64,000 nt of DNA from the NCBI RefSeq assembly GCF_009914755.1, contig NC_060934.1, one strand, 5' to 3'. Positions 13,486-29,905 of the stretch are shown in pieces. Position numbers and translations under genes: made by a program. Source of the DNA: the human T2T-CHM13v2.0 reference genome, Homo sapiens. Every line of letters begins with the position of its first letter. The stretch's first letter is position 1. The notes under the pieces are model-generated. The model had not been told where the DNA came from. It worked only from the letters and a program-made list of their open reading frames with translations, and did not search any database.

Positions 13486-15964
13486 AATAAGTCCTAATAC
13501 AATGCCACTTTTACTAAAACACATTTCCTAATCTGCATTATAAAGCTGTATAATTTCTATAAAATCACAGTATCTCACTTTTAATGGTTTACAGAAAGTA
13601 AATTCTAGTGTCAATCATGGGCTCTCTATTAAATTTACTTTAGATATCTAAAACAGTACCTCTTGTCTTCCAAACTATTTTGTCTAGGTTATGATGCTGA
13701 GTAAAATATAAAGAACTCAATAAAATTGTTCAGCAATTCTATTAATACTGACTTGGAGTCCTAGAGGGAGTGGAAATCAATAATAATGGTAATGACCTTC
13801 CCAGTGCAGTTTGATGGCTCTCAAACTTTCTCGAATTATTCCAGTCCTCCAAGAAAGACCCATATTAGTCACAATATTTCAGAAGGAAGGGGTAAACAAG
13901 TCCACGTGATTAAAAGATCAACGAATCTCTCTCTGTTCTAATAAAAATCCATGCTAGTTTATTATAAGGAACACTATGAAAGTCATTTCTGAGAATCTAC
14001 ACCTTGATGTTTTCTAATTTGGGGATATAAAAAAATGATCCTAAGCTAGATGCTAAAGAATTATTACTTTTTAAAGGTTTGATAGTGGGATTATACTTTT
14101 TTAAAAAAAGACATATTGATGTTATACATAAATTTTGTTCAAAATAATCGGGGGAGGGGTGTGTGGCAAGATGAACAAGAGTGGCCCTAAGTTAATTACT
14201 GGCTACAGACAAAGCAAGATGAGGGAGGGGGGTGAGGGGGCGGGGAGTGGCATTTACTGAACTATTTTCTTGACTTTTAAGTGAAGTATTCCAAAATGGA
14301 GAATTAGAAAAATTGTTCTGTATACTAAAACAATGTGGTTTCTGTCTTCCTGTTTCCTTTCTCTAACTTCCCTGAGCAACATCACTTGCTGTCACTGCTT
14401 TTATCACAGTTCATACATTGGTACCTAAAAATGAGTTAAACACCCTTTCTTCAAACTTGCGCCCTTCTCTCCTGCTTTCTCTTACTGGCACCACCAATTT
14501 CAAAGACACCTGGAAACCTGGAGGTAACCTTTTATTCCTCCTCTTCTCACAACCAATTAGTTCTATCCCCATTCCCTCCATTCATTTACTGTTAAAATGT
14601 CTCTTCTGTTGTTCTGTGTTCCTCATTGGCCTGATTTAGGTTTTCATTGATTGCGGAGAATGTTGGGATTTCTGAAATTGTTTCCTTTTCTTAAAAAGAG
14701 TACTTTCTTAAACCAAAAACAAAGCCTCTACCTTTTGTTGTTGTAAATAAAAAGCTACCTCACAGGACTATTACTAAGATTTAGAGTTCACACATGTGAT
14801 ACACCTAATCAAGTTCGTGGCTTGTTATAAGCACACAAATTCTGGTTTTCTTCTCTTCTTTATGCCAAAGTATTACTATTTCAAACTAGCTGTCTCACTG
14901 AATCTCTGAAGATCCTACAAGGCCCTCATTCTGTTCCTTTGTGATTTCTCCTACCCACAATATGCTCCTACCCCATCTCCCTATGTCTAAAGCTAAACTA
15001 TTCTGTAAGTTACCTCAAATACCATCTCACCTGTTTAACAAATAGGCTTATTTGAGAATAGAGAGACCAGTCAAAGTTAGATACTCAGATACTGCAGTCA
15101 TATTTCAGGCTCAGGAATACACACAACACTATATCCTTTCTAAGGGAGAGAGTAGAACGAGCAGCTATAAACAGGCAATTGAAAGTCCTATATGGTTTAT
15201 GCTTTCAGTCGGAAAGTTTTGGCTCTATCACATTAGGAACTAGCAAACATAAATGTTCTCTTCAAATTCTCCTACACCAAATATATAAACTAGATAACTC
15301 AGTGAGTGATCATTTTAAAAATGTTTCTTCATTTATTATGCTTCAGAGCCAGTACTCCTTCAAATAATGAGTTCCCCCTGCTGCATTAAAAGTGTAATTT
15401 TCAAAACCTCTATTAGTTGTAACTTTTATGGCATACATTATCATGCAAACTATGGCACGCTAATACAAAACTAAGTGTAAGCCAGAAAGAAAACAAAGTA
15501 CAATGGTTCCAAATACTCCTCATTTTCTGTGTTGGTAAATTATGAATCTAAATTTCAAATTTTCAATTTTACTTAGATACTTCAATTGATATATTAAAAG
15601 GACAATTCATACACAAGGCTCCTCTATATTCACCAAGGTTAGTACTGCTGTATTATTTCTCCTGAGAAACTGTACCTGCTAAACACTCTGATGCCATACG
15701 TAGCCTAGTCCTATGTGGTAAGCTTTTCACTGCTGAAGTTCTACTTCAGTCGCCTCCTGTCTGTAACCCGTCCCTCTCCTCTACCATCTGGTAATTGTTT
15801 CCTCTCCTGTGTTCTAAAAACACTTTATATATGCTCTGTTTTACTACTAGCCATACTATTTATGTATCTGTCTCCATCTTTCTAGCTTTCCTGCAAGATC
15901 CCCTCCTCCCAACTAAATTGTGAGTTGCTTGAGAAAAGAAAGCTTACATTTATAGACAATATAA

Positions 15965-16212
15965 AATAGAGGTTAAGAACAGACTCTGGAGCCACACAGC
16001 TTGGCTTGGAATCCTATTGTGTCACTTCCCAGCAATATAACCTTGAGCAAACTTCTGACCTTGACCAAAATCTGAGACTCGGTTTCCTCAGAGGCAAAAG
16101 GAGGATAACAATTACACCTACCTCACAGTGCTGTTACAAGAATTGCATTGAATAATGAAAAGCACTTAGTACCATGCCAGCAAACACTCAATAGACATTA
16201 GTTATTATTACT
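15965..16212 (+). mobile_element. MIR
   Basis: ggttaagaacagactctggagcc...ggtttcctc...cctacctcacagtgctgtt. Confidence 0.8.
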
Positions 16213-17580
16213 GTTCAGCTTAAATTCCTGGTATTTAACAAAATGCCTGGCACTTAGTATACCTCCACTGAAATAAAGAAGCTATTTAATGATATGACAT
16301 ATACCTTAAAATGGCATACTTTTAATTATACTACAATACTTACATTTTTCTGAAAATTTTCAGAAGTTTCTAGAAGAAATACCATTAAGGTGTTGTTATT
16401 ACCATTAAGGTATATCATGTTAATACCATTAAGGTATATCATGTTCTATTTTTTAAAACTCTTAAGTTATTATATGCTCGTTTTTCTCTTTTCTAAGACC
16501 ATAGGAGCCTTAAGTCTTAGAAAAGATAGTATCTGGATCTCATTCATCTTTAAGTCATTATAATGAATAGATCCAGATCTCAGTCTTATTTGTAAACTAT
16601 CAACTGGTTGATTCCATCTTCAATCCTTTTTTTCTTCTGTGAACTGAGAGTTTCCTACAGATTCTATTTTTAGAGACAACTGTGTTAAATCTAAAATTGC
16701 CTAATATTTAACATAATTTTCTTAACATCATTTAATAAGTTAAAAAAAAGATGCTGAGACATTTGTGACATAAAAAAAGAAAAATAAGAAAAATTTAAAA
16801 AGGTAAAACTCAATTTGAAGGTTATCATTAAAATTTGAAAATAACTAAAGCAAGACACACGAATAATAATTTATTCCACAGAATGTTAGATGTGAAAGGT
16901 AATTCCACAGATATCCAAATATTTAAATCGTTTCATTTTACTGATGAGAAATAGTCTAATTAGACCTGAGTCTAAAAACACAGGTACACTCACATCCAGG
17001 CCCATGCTCTTTTAGGAATAAAGTTATATTTAAGTGTTCCCAACTAACAAGTTAACCATATTTGGCAGAAGTTATGTTATTGTTATTCCTGACCGCATTT
17101 ACAAAAGCTAAATTAGGCTGGTGTGATAAGAGAATAATATGTACTTTACTATTAATCTATCATTAAGGTAGGCATCCTAATCTGGGGTTGGGGAGAGGGA
17201 AGTAATCAATGAAAAACAAATGAGAAAAAGAAAAATTAAAAATAACCCAGATAGCTTATAAGTCCGGGGTAATTACTGAGATTACTGTCTATTTGGAAAA
17301 TGAGTTCATGTTGGCCTCCTCAAAGGCTTTGGAGTACACCCTGCTCCCCCTTTCCATGATATAGAATCTTTTATCTTTCAAAAAAACTAAGGTATTTTAA
17401 AATATAGCATGTTATTAAACTTACAACTTTTCATACAGACAAACTTTTTTTCCCAGTAAAAGCAATAAAGCAGTAAAATGTTTAAAGATAAGAAAAGAAT
17501 GCATTCAAGTCTAAATTAATTTACAAAGTTGAAATAAAATACAAGATAATGCTTATGTTAAACTGCTATTTAGAAAATCA

Positions 17581-17872
<292 letters not shown>

Positions 17873-17950
17873 AAATCAGGATACATTGTTGAACAGAGCA
17901 TGATCACTGCTATGTAAAACAAACCAAAAGTCTGTGATTAAAAAAGCCTA

Positions 17951-18272
<322 letters not shown>

Positions 18273-18805
18273 CTACACGATCAGGAAAATGTGAACACTA
18301 TTTGGATACTTAATGACATTAGGTATTACTGTTAAAATTTATTTTATATCTGATAAAAATATGAGCGCTACATACTTAGTATTTACGGATAAAATACGTG
18401 GGATTTGCTTCAAAATAATCTATGGGATTAAGGAGGAAGGGGAGTTAGAGATAAACAGGATTGGCCGTGAGTTGACAACTGTTAAAGATGAGTGACAGAT
18501 CATGACTGTTCATCTTACTATTCTTTTTACCTTAGAACTATGTTTGACATTTTTCATAATAAAAAGTCAAATAAAAAAGTTCCCTGTTTCTTAAACTGTA
18601 CACTGGATATGATATAAAAGCATGAGTTCTGTAATCTTAGAGACCTGAGTTTCAATTTGAGTAACTCGTTTAACCTTTTGAATCTGTATTTATTCATTTA
18701 TAAGTGAAATATCACTATTATGGTTTTACTGTGGGGATTCAATGGATAATATGCATATAAAAGTATAGTATTGTCCCAGACCAAAGCAGTAGTTCACTAA
18801 ATTTA

Positions 18806-18884
18806 TTAGGGTGGTGCAAACGTAATTGCGGGTTTTGCCATGTAAAAGTAATGGCAAAACCACAATTACTTTTGCACCAACCTA
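18806..18884. mobile_element. MADE1 mariner (Hsmar1-derived) MITE
   Basis: ~80-bp palindrome ttagggtggtgcaaacgtaattgcgg...ccacaattacttttgcaccaaccta with TA flanks. Confidence 0.92.
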
Positions 18885-19580
18885 TAGTCATCTTTCTTTC
18901 CCCCTCATCTCCCCTCTCTTCTTTCACGGACTATAAAATAGTCTTTTTTACTGATTGCTAACCCTTAGTCCTCACTGCTGCATTCCACACCTGTTTTTAA
19001 TACCCACCATCCCTTATCTTTCTCTTCCCTCTGATTTTCTTCTCCTGGGTTTTCATTTATTTATTCCTCACTTTCAGCTTCTTTTTGACAAGGCAGTTTA
19101 AAGTAGTATTAAATCAATACTTGGTCTTGAATTTTGGCTCTAATACTTACTAGCCTTGACACCTTTGGCAAGTTACTTGGAACTCTGAGAGCCCCAGTTT
19201 CTTCACCTATGAAAGAATACTAATAATAATAGCACTTATTTTATAGAGCTATGTAAGGACAAGGTAAGAAATTTCTCATAAGGCATCTGGCCCAGTGAGG
19301 TGCTCTAGAAATATTTCCTATCAAACCTTCTATTTATCTGTATTAAGGATGAATTCCTACAGACATGTCAGGTAGCAAACTTCTTCCCTTCCACAAGGAA
19401 CCACTTCAGGACTCAGCATTCACCATGTATGATGGTCCCAGTTCATGGCTGTTTGTCTTCCTTGGGCTTCAGATTCCATGTGGTGATGATTTCAGTCCCA
19501 TGCTAGTTGATTTTTTTTAATTGCGTCCTTTGTGACGATATCATTTGTTAAGTGCAAGAGAACAAATTAACAATAGTCAG

Positions 19581-20187
<607 letters not shown>

Positions 20188-21080
20188 TCAGCATGCCACC
20201 CTACCTTAGTTATCACCTTTGTATTTCTGCATCAAGTTTTATAACTAAGCTTATATTAAACTGAATATATTAAAAAACTGACTTCAGGAAACCCACAGAA
20301 AATTGTTCTATTTATGAAATTCCTTGAAGTGTACTATTCTTGGGGAAATTATTTTAATTTCTGTATTCCTACAGAGAAAAAAAAGTATTCCTGAATAGTT
20401 ATGAAATTAATAAGAACAAGGATAACAAATACTGTTACAAAAAAAAAATTTCTCCTGCTCATCCATATACCCTCTACCTAATATAAAATGCTCACTTTTA
20501 TCCAAGCTCCTATTTCTGCATAGAATGATCAAGGTCCAAAATGCCTCACAATTTTCTAAAGCAGTTTTTATATATATGCTGAACAAAAGAGTGATAATCA
20601 AGGCTGCAGGTCCCTCATAATAGAATTCAAAGAGCTGGTGACTAAAAGATGAGTCAATGTTAACTGATAGCCTATGCACCACAGAGGTAAGGTATCAAAT
20701 GAGACGAGTTGCTCAGGGAACCAAAGTAATTCTCTTGACTATGTCTGGCAAATCTCATATCTTCTTATGTTCATCACAACCCACAATGTAAGGGTCCCTT
20801 ACCATGGCCTATGATCAATTAAATCAAAATTCCCAGCTTTCACATAGCTAAAAAAATGGGCAAATCCAAACTCCTATTCTTTCCTGTTCTTCTCTACCAG
20901 CCCCCCAACACACACCATTGAATGAGAATATAAAAATGACTACTTTGAATGTTTCTAGCACTTCTGTAAATTATGCAACTCTGATATATGTCCTTGATTC
21001 TCACAACTCATAACAAGGTACAGTATAATAAACATTATTTGACAAAAGAGAAAGCTAAAGCAGCTTGTCTGTGATCACAT

Positions 21081-21154
21081 AGTAAATGGTGCAGTCAAAA
21101 CTAACAAATCCACTCAAGTAAATGGTGCAGTCAAAACTGTAACAAATCCACTCA
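21081..21154. repeat. Tandem duplication, ~36-38 bp x2
   Basis: agtaaatggtgcagtcaaaact(gt)aacaaatccactca, twice. Confidence 0.9.
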
Positions 21155-21309
21155 ACCTTGTGTCTTACAATACCAAGGTGTACAAGCAATACTAGATAGC
21201 AACTGAAAATAACGTATATATTTAATATTTATTAAAGCTCACTGAGAAAGTGAGGCAACAGAGGTGGCTCCTTTACATATGGTAAAAATAAATAAACTTC
21301 AGGTCAGAC

Positions 21310-21666
21310 TAGCAGTTCTTATACATTTTGTTCTTAGGACTCCTATAAACTTTTAAAAATTATTGAGGATCCCAAAGAGCTGCTGTTCATGTAGATTATG
21401 TCTATTAACATTTTGCATATCAGAAATTACAAATGATAAAAATTTTAAACATAAGAATATATAAAGCTCACATTCCATTAGCTGTGAGGGTGATGATGTC
21501 ACCACATATTTAATTTCTGTAAAATTTCACCATATATTTGCGAGAGAACAAGGGTGAGAAAGGCAGATAACATTTTTGTATTATTATGAAAATAATTGAC
21601 TTGACTTGGTAGACTGCCAACCCCTCAAAGGTCTGGAACATCCAAATCACACTGTGAAAACCACTG
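21310..21666. mobile_element. hAT-Charlie DNA transposon remnant
   Basis: ttaaaaattattgaggatcccaaagagct...cacactgtgaaaaccactg. Confidence 0.6.
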
Positions 21667-21834
21667 AGTCAGACTGTAACGACTGAGTCGGGGCAATTTT
21701 TTTTTAAATTCTAAGCTGTAACCCATTACCTTACTTTAAGTATATTTTCTTACTACTAGATTTTTAAAAATACCTTGAAAGGACTGTGTTAATTTACTCC
21801 CTGTTAGCACTAACTGTCTCTGCAGTGTGTTGCT

Positions 21835-21960
21835 CTCTGGACAAAGATGGTGTTAAACATTTACTGAATAAATTGAATCTCTTCTGAAGTCTTGTGTACT
21901 CTGGACAAAGTTGGTGTTAAACATTTACTAAATAAACTGAATCTCTTCTGAAGTCTTGTG
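21835..21960. repeat. Tandem duplication, 64-bp period x2
   Basis: ctctggacaaag.tggtgttaaacatttact.aataaa.tgaatctcttctgaagtcttgtg, twice, 3 mismatches. Confidence 0.92.
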
Positions 21961-22149
21961 GACTGAAAGAGAAAATACTTTAAAGCAAAATTACCACCTC
22001 CCTACTATGGTAAAGACATGAACACTGAAGTTTATGAAACAGAAATCTGGTCTTCTTTAGCTAGTCAGGTGTTATCAAACAGACAAAAATTCCTTTCCAA
22101 ATATGAAGGGACAACAAAAAATCTGAATAAGACAAATAAGGAGAAGTTA

Positions 22150-22492
22150 ACATAGCCCTCCACGTCTATGGGTTCTGCATCCTTGGATTCAACTAACCCC
22201 AGATTTAAAAAAAAGACTGTTGCGACTGTACAGAACTTGATGTACAGATCTTTTGTTTTTATCATTATTCACTAAACAATATAGTATAAGAACTATTTAT
22301 ATAGCATTTACATTGTATTAGGCATTATAAGTAAACTAGAGATGATTTAAAGTATACAGGTGGATATGCTTAGGTTATATGCAAATACTATGCCATTTTA
22401 TATCAGGGACTTGAGCATCTGTGGATTTTGGTATCCTGGTGGAATGGGGAGGGTCCTGGGACCAATCCCCCTTGGATACTGAGGGATGATTA
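22150..22492 (-). mobile_element. MER2 DNA transposon, inverted relative to the copy at 1943
   Basis: ggattttggtatcc...gggaccaatcccccttggatactgagggatga. Confidence 0.8.
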
Positions 22493-24628
22493 TGTTTTAA
22501 GGTTATAACTGTCCAGCTTTCTCCTAATTTTTCCCTATCCAAATAAAAGTAAAACATCTTCTAAAGTACATAAATGATTTTAATACTATCTGTATCTCTG
22601 CATCTGCTAGTTTATAAGTACCTAACTCAAGTTAGAACTTATTAAAGGAAAATATTTATTGGGTAAAGTTTGTATATCCTTATTTGAGAGAAATCCCTAC
22701 ATTAAACCTATGCCAGGATAAGATGCAGCCTGCAGAAATAACAGCAAAGTGAATAAATAATGCCATCTTACATTTACATAATTCTTTTCTCTAAGAACTT
22801 TTAAAACTTTAGATTTTTCATTTCATTTAGTCTCAAAATAACAAGTTGCATGACTTGTCCAAGGATATACTAAACCAACAAATCAGTAGTAATTCCAGAA
22901 ATAAAACAGGAATTCCTCATCTTCTAATCCTACTCTTTCAGGGCAAGAGGCCAAGTTACTTTCAAGAGAAATCATAAGAGCACAGATATCCTCTAGACTC
23001 TAAGAATAATTACTAAGAGTCTGGTTCAATAAATGCTTGTTGAGTGGCATGATTCTCAGAATTACTGAGTCCAAATTCTAACTCTGTAGTATTAAAAAGT
23101 TCAAATATTTTGAGTAAGCAACTTACTCAAATATTTTAAGTAGATAATTTACTCACTTTAAGTAAGCAATTTACCTAAAATGGGCTATAATTTAGATACA
23201 CTGTATTCACTGACTTTATTTTACAGACTGTCAAGAATTTTCTCTTTACATTTCATTAATCTCAAAATATCTGAAGTAAATTCAGTTTGTACTACCTACC
23301 ACTCCAGCATTAGTAAACAAAAGGACACATATTTTACTACAAATATTTAGTTAAATTCTTCCCATGGCAAGAGTTTGCCATTCTGGTCTCGATTAAAATC
23401 CAAAGAATTAAACATTAAGAACTAACAAGATTTCCAAACACTGAAATACATCAGATATCACCTGTCCTAAATTTTACAGAAAATAATATTATACTTAGTA
23501 ATGGTGAGAACAAAATAAGATTTTCAGTGCATTATAAAAATAATTACCATACAAATGAAATTTGCTATAACAGAATGGCTTTTATTTCAGCCACAGCAGG
23601 TTTCAGAGAACAAAAAGCTTTGAATTATTTATTTGCATGACCAAATGACTAAGGTAGTAAGACCGTATAGTCAGCAACCACATCCTTAGTAATAAGTGTT
23701 AGTATAATCCCGTATGTATGAAAGACTATTGTGTAAAAAGGACAAAAAATTAGCATACAACACAAACACCAGATGCACTATTCAGAAGATATTGATGTCT
23801 CCATGAAAGTTGTATCTGAGAACAGAACATAGTCATTTTTCAAAATAGAGATTCTTGTAGCCAGCTACTAAATAGAAATTGTATCTCCCCATCACTACTA
23901 CTTAAGATTTCACAGCAAAAAACAATAGTTATTTATAACTGTAGATTATACAGGTAGGATATTATAGAGTTCATCCTAGGAGAAACACCATTTCTAAAAA
24001 GTAGTTAGGTTGCAAGTTTCTGTTTAACTGGTAACTTATCAATGACCCAAGTATACATAATAGATACTTAATACAGAAGAATAAACCCAATGAGGATATT
24101 TTTACTATGCTATTCAAGCGTTTTTGTTTTTAAGTACATACCAACAAGAACTATTAATGCTGAGAAGTGAAAAATTTTCTAGCTTTTCTATCAAAGTTAT
24201 GCAAATCAAAGCCCAGACATTCAGTACCCCACCCACCATATCATCAGCTCCATTCTCCCTACAATACATGAAGAATTCACAGGCGTAAATACTCAATGTG
24301 CTGATTACAGAATAAAGAGAAATGTGTTCTAAAGCATTGTGATTTCATGAAAATTGGCAATTATATACCAGACTAGTAAAAGCAAGTTTGTTATTCTATA
24401 TCAATCCAAGAAAAGTATAATCTACAGTTTATCAATATTGACCTTTCTAAAAATGTGAAATTAAAAATCAAGTCTTCTGGAGTGTCAGAGAAGGTTGCAA
24501 ACACATATGTGTTTAGTATTTTGTTTGTGTGTGGGAATGGGAGAAGGATACTGTGCCAGTATGGTGCCTGGACAGACCTTGAATTCAACATGGTTAACTG
24601 CTGGAGACCACAATCAACATAATTTATG

Positions 24629-24687
24629 GGTGTGTGTGTGTGTGTGTGTGTGTGAGAGTGTGTGTGTGTCTGTGTGTCTGTCTGTCT
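24629..24687. repeat. (TG)n / (TCTG)n compound microsatellite
   Basis: Visible repeat. Confidence 0.92.
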
Positions 24688-26933
24688 AAAAAGAAGCCAC
24701 TCTCCTTCAATACTGATTTCACAATAGTATGGGTTACATGTCATCAGCCTGTGTTTATAATGACAACGTTTAACCATAAAAAATGTTAAAATATGTTCCA
24801 TAAATTATGTTTAAGAAACCAAAATCACAGCACTCAGATACATGTTTCAGTTCACTTTGTGAAAATTCATCACTGTACATTTAGGAGTGGGACAGTTTCT
24901 ATACGCACACAGACAGACACACACGCACACACACACACGCATATTTCCGTAAGAAGTCTGAGCAAAAAAAAATTCCAGCATTTAAAGGGCTAAACCACTA
25001 TTTTTTTTAACATAATATGTTGAAAGGTGATATTTAAGAGGGACCTAAAAAATGTTGGAGTGAGCTCTTTGGCTATCTGTGGGAAAAACACTCCAGAAGA
25101 AGGAATAGCAAAGGCCCTGTGGTGGGAGCATACCTGAGAACAGCAAAGAGGCATGAACAGATTAAGTGAGAAGTGGTGACGAAAGATAAGGTCAGAGGCA
25201 GAGAGAATGGCTGAGAGTAGAGAAAAGCAGTAAATGAGATGGATTTATACATATTATCTGAAGGGACATCCATGTTACACTTCACAGAATAATTTGGAGG
25301 GTCACATTCATATTATAGTCTCATTTTACTAAGGGCAGAAGGAAGGAGGGAGTGAAAGTGGGGGCAGGAGGGAGGGAGAGGGAAGAAGGTAAGAAGAGGA
25401 AGAGAGAGAGGCACCTCCTCAATATATATAAGAGGCTTGTATATGTATGCTTGAGCATACAGTTAGGTTTAGACCTCAAACTTAACATGGGTATATCAGG
25501 GGATGAAATCAAAATGGAGAGGAGATTTTTAACTTCTTTATGCTCCTCAATACTATACAAATATATGCCAAAAAAAAAAATGGCCAAAAATAACCAACAA
25601 AATCTACCATCTACACAGAGATACAGGTAGAAGGATGTTTATGGTGCCATTATTTACATTAGTGAGAAACTGAAAAATTAACAAGGAATTGGTTAACTTA
25701 TGGTACTAATGGTCAATGTAATTATAAGCATCTGTTAGAACAAATGAAGTAGGTATATATAGAAAACTCAAGATACAGTAAGTTTCTTAAAAAAAGATGC
25801 TAACAATGAAGTATTGAGTATGATCCTGCCTTTATAAATTAATAGCAAATTATAATACATTTAGAAAAATATGGAAGAATAGTTCCCGAATTTAACAATA
25901 GTTTTAAGAAAAGATATTACAGAAGATTTTCACTTTGATACTACATATTTTCTAACAGCTTGAATTTTTAAAGTGAGTTTGTCGCTCATTTGAAAGGGAA
26001 AAGAATATAATGTGTCACCTAGAAAATATCTGATATATATCTAGTAAAATTAGTACTGCTCATCTAAAGGTAAATAATTAACGTGCATATCACATTTTTC
26101 CCTAGTACAAATACAGGAAGTGTACAGTTTTATGCCAGTCTTAGCAATTTGGTAAGAGAGATTTTGAAACTACTCTGTAAAACACCTGCTAATGACCAGG
26201 TAGTTGGCTTTAAAACTTTCCAATTAAGTGTGATGTACTCTGATGCCATGCCAAAAAAGTGTCAGTACGTCCTATGACTCTGAGGTAAGAACAAAGTCAT
26301 TTAATAATACTTGTTTCCTGGTGACACTGTTCTGAGAAAACAGAGAATATCATGGGAAGAAATGTTGAGTCAGTATTTAACTTTTAAACAAGGTATTTAG
26401 TAATAAGAACTCTAACTTGAAATTTCATATATTCTTACTGAACTATTGATCTAGAGTCCCTCAGCCTGCTATATGAAATCTTAAGAGGAAAAAAAAAAGA
26501 ATCAAAAAGACATACACTTCATAGGATAGAGAGAGGGATTACCCCCTCCTCCAGCATTTTTAGAAACGCCTGAGCCATATGAATCCTATATACATTTTAA
26601 GAAGGTAAGCAAAATAATGAAGTGGTTAATATTGATTTCAGCATGTTAGTTTTAGTTATGTTTACGGTAACAAAGTTGTATACTTCTGTTTGTGTTTATT
26701 TTTCAACCTAAAGTCTAAGGACCCTAAAAAAGCTTCAAGGGAACTATGAACTTAAATGAAATATTTTTATGCAGAAAATTTGTTTTCTGCAGAAATTTTC
26801 TGCAGGTTTCCAAAGGACAGGACCCTCAAAGACTTAAAAGTACTTTCAATGTACACATATATAGCTTCTTTTTTGGTAAACATTGTAACTGTTGAGGGGG
26901 GTGTATTTTTAGGGTTTTTTTTTAAAGTTTAGA

Positions 26934-27154
26934 GCAGGGATCAGTGAATCTTTTCTGTAAAAGGCCAGATAGTATTTGTGGGTACATAAGGTCTGTCACT
27001 ACCACCACCACTACCACCACCACCACTGTCACCACCATTACCACCACCACCACCACCACCAGTACTTCTTTTAACAACGTCAAATATAAAGTTTAAGAAT
27101 GTAAAAACCATTCTTAATGCAGGGGCCTAACAGCAGCTAGTTTGCAGACCCCTG
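26934..27154. mobile_element. MER58-like element containing an (ACC)n tract (~26997-27061)
   Basis: cagggatcagtgaatcttttctgtaaaaggccagatagta...tagtttgcagacccctg. Confidence 0.7.
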
Positions 27155-27484
27155 ATTTAGAGTAACAGTTGGTTTATCTCTGAAGAAATAATAGAGCATG
27201 AGCTCTGGAAGTCCAGGACCTTTTACATTTAGGACTTTATATCACTAATCCTCCGTAAATCGCATATTTCCACATCTGTAAAACTGAGATACCAACCTCT
27301 CCCACATAGGAGTTTTAACTATTGAGATTGCAACTGCATGGAAATGCCCACACAGTGCCTAATGAATACTTAGCAAACAGTGTTTTATTAGCCCCACCCT
27401 GCTCATATGATAGATTGTTAGTAATACTTGTAAGTCAACGTTTAGTATTTGATCAGGCATGCTCCTTCAACACAATCTACTTTA

Positions 27485-27884
<400 letters not shown>

Positions 27885-28105
27885 ATTATAGCCTCCTCAA
27901 AATGACTATTCTCCCCTCAATGAATAAATCAAATTTCTAGAGCAAAGATGTAATGTATCAATACATTATTCTCCATCTAAAGTGTTTTAAAAGCTGAAAT
28001 TAAAATAATTCAAAGCAGCTGGAGGAAATCCAATGTGCAAGAAGTAAAATCAGCACTAAACTGGGTATTTAGGTGGAGTACACTTAGGTGTGCTAAGAAA
28101 GCTAA

Positions 28106-28419
<314 letters not shown>

Positions 28420-29267
28420 TTAGCAGAGCAGAGATATTGATCTCTCCTGTTCCAGTTTCTCACAAAACTGAAGGGCTTAAATATTTCCAATGCCACTAAA
28501 ATAAGCTTTATGTGTTCTTTGTTTTCCCTAGAAAGACTAACCCTATAATAGCATGAACTAGTTTATAACCATTTTTATCACGTTTACTATACCCACCGCA
28601 ACACTAGGTAGTATGCACTAAGCACTTACTGAAGATAAATGACTATTTTTTAAATGACATAATTATTCATCTCTAAGACAATGATCTTGCAATTCAACTT
28701 ATACAGAGATATGACGAGATATAGAGATATGAGCAACAGTACAAGAAAAAGCACAACAGGTTAAAAATTAGCTATTACAAGATTATTCCAGCATAGCTAG
28801 AGTAATGCACAATGCCATTGTCTATTCTCCCCAAATATTAAAGGTTAGATTTCCTATCAACATTAGTAAGTAAAACTGTCACTATTATAACCATCAAGGA
28901 ATTTTAGTAGCTATTTTAAAATATTTTCCAATGTAATAGAAAGGAAAAAAGTATGAAAAAGTAAATAAATACAACATATTACACTTGACTTTACAAATGA
29001 TTTTGTCAGTTTTCTGTGAATTTACTTTGAAAGATTTTGAGATACGGATCACTCAATTCATTAAATTCAAATATACTGTCAATAAGTTGATGCCCCCCTT
29101 TTTGGAGATCAGTGAAGTAAATGCTTACATAGTTATTAATGACCCATTCCACTAAAGCAAACTATCCACCAAACTCGAACAAAAAGGAGACACTATCTAC
29201 TTACCATCACTACATGGTAGAAAAATGGATTGCATTTCAAGGCATTTTTTTTTTTCTGGCAGAGTGA

Positions 29268-29905
<638 letters not shown>

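Noticed and set aside
21081-21960. Short direct repeats as a CRISPR-like array
   Set aside because: Only two adjacent copies each, no spacers, and a eukaryotic context
29195-29210. Strong minus-strand donor-like ATG|GTAAGT
   Set aside because: No convincing paired acceptor identified, and isolated consensus donors are common in a 33-kb intron
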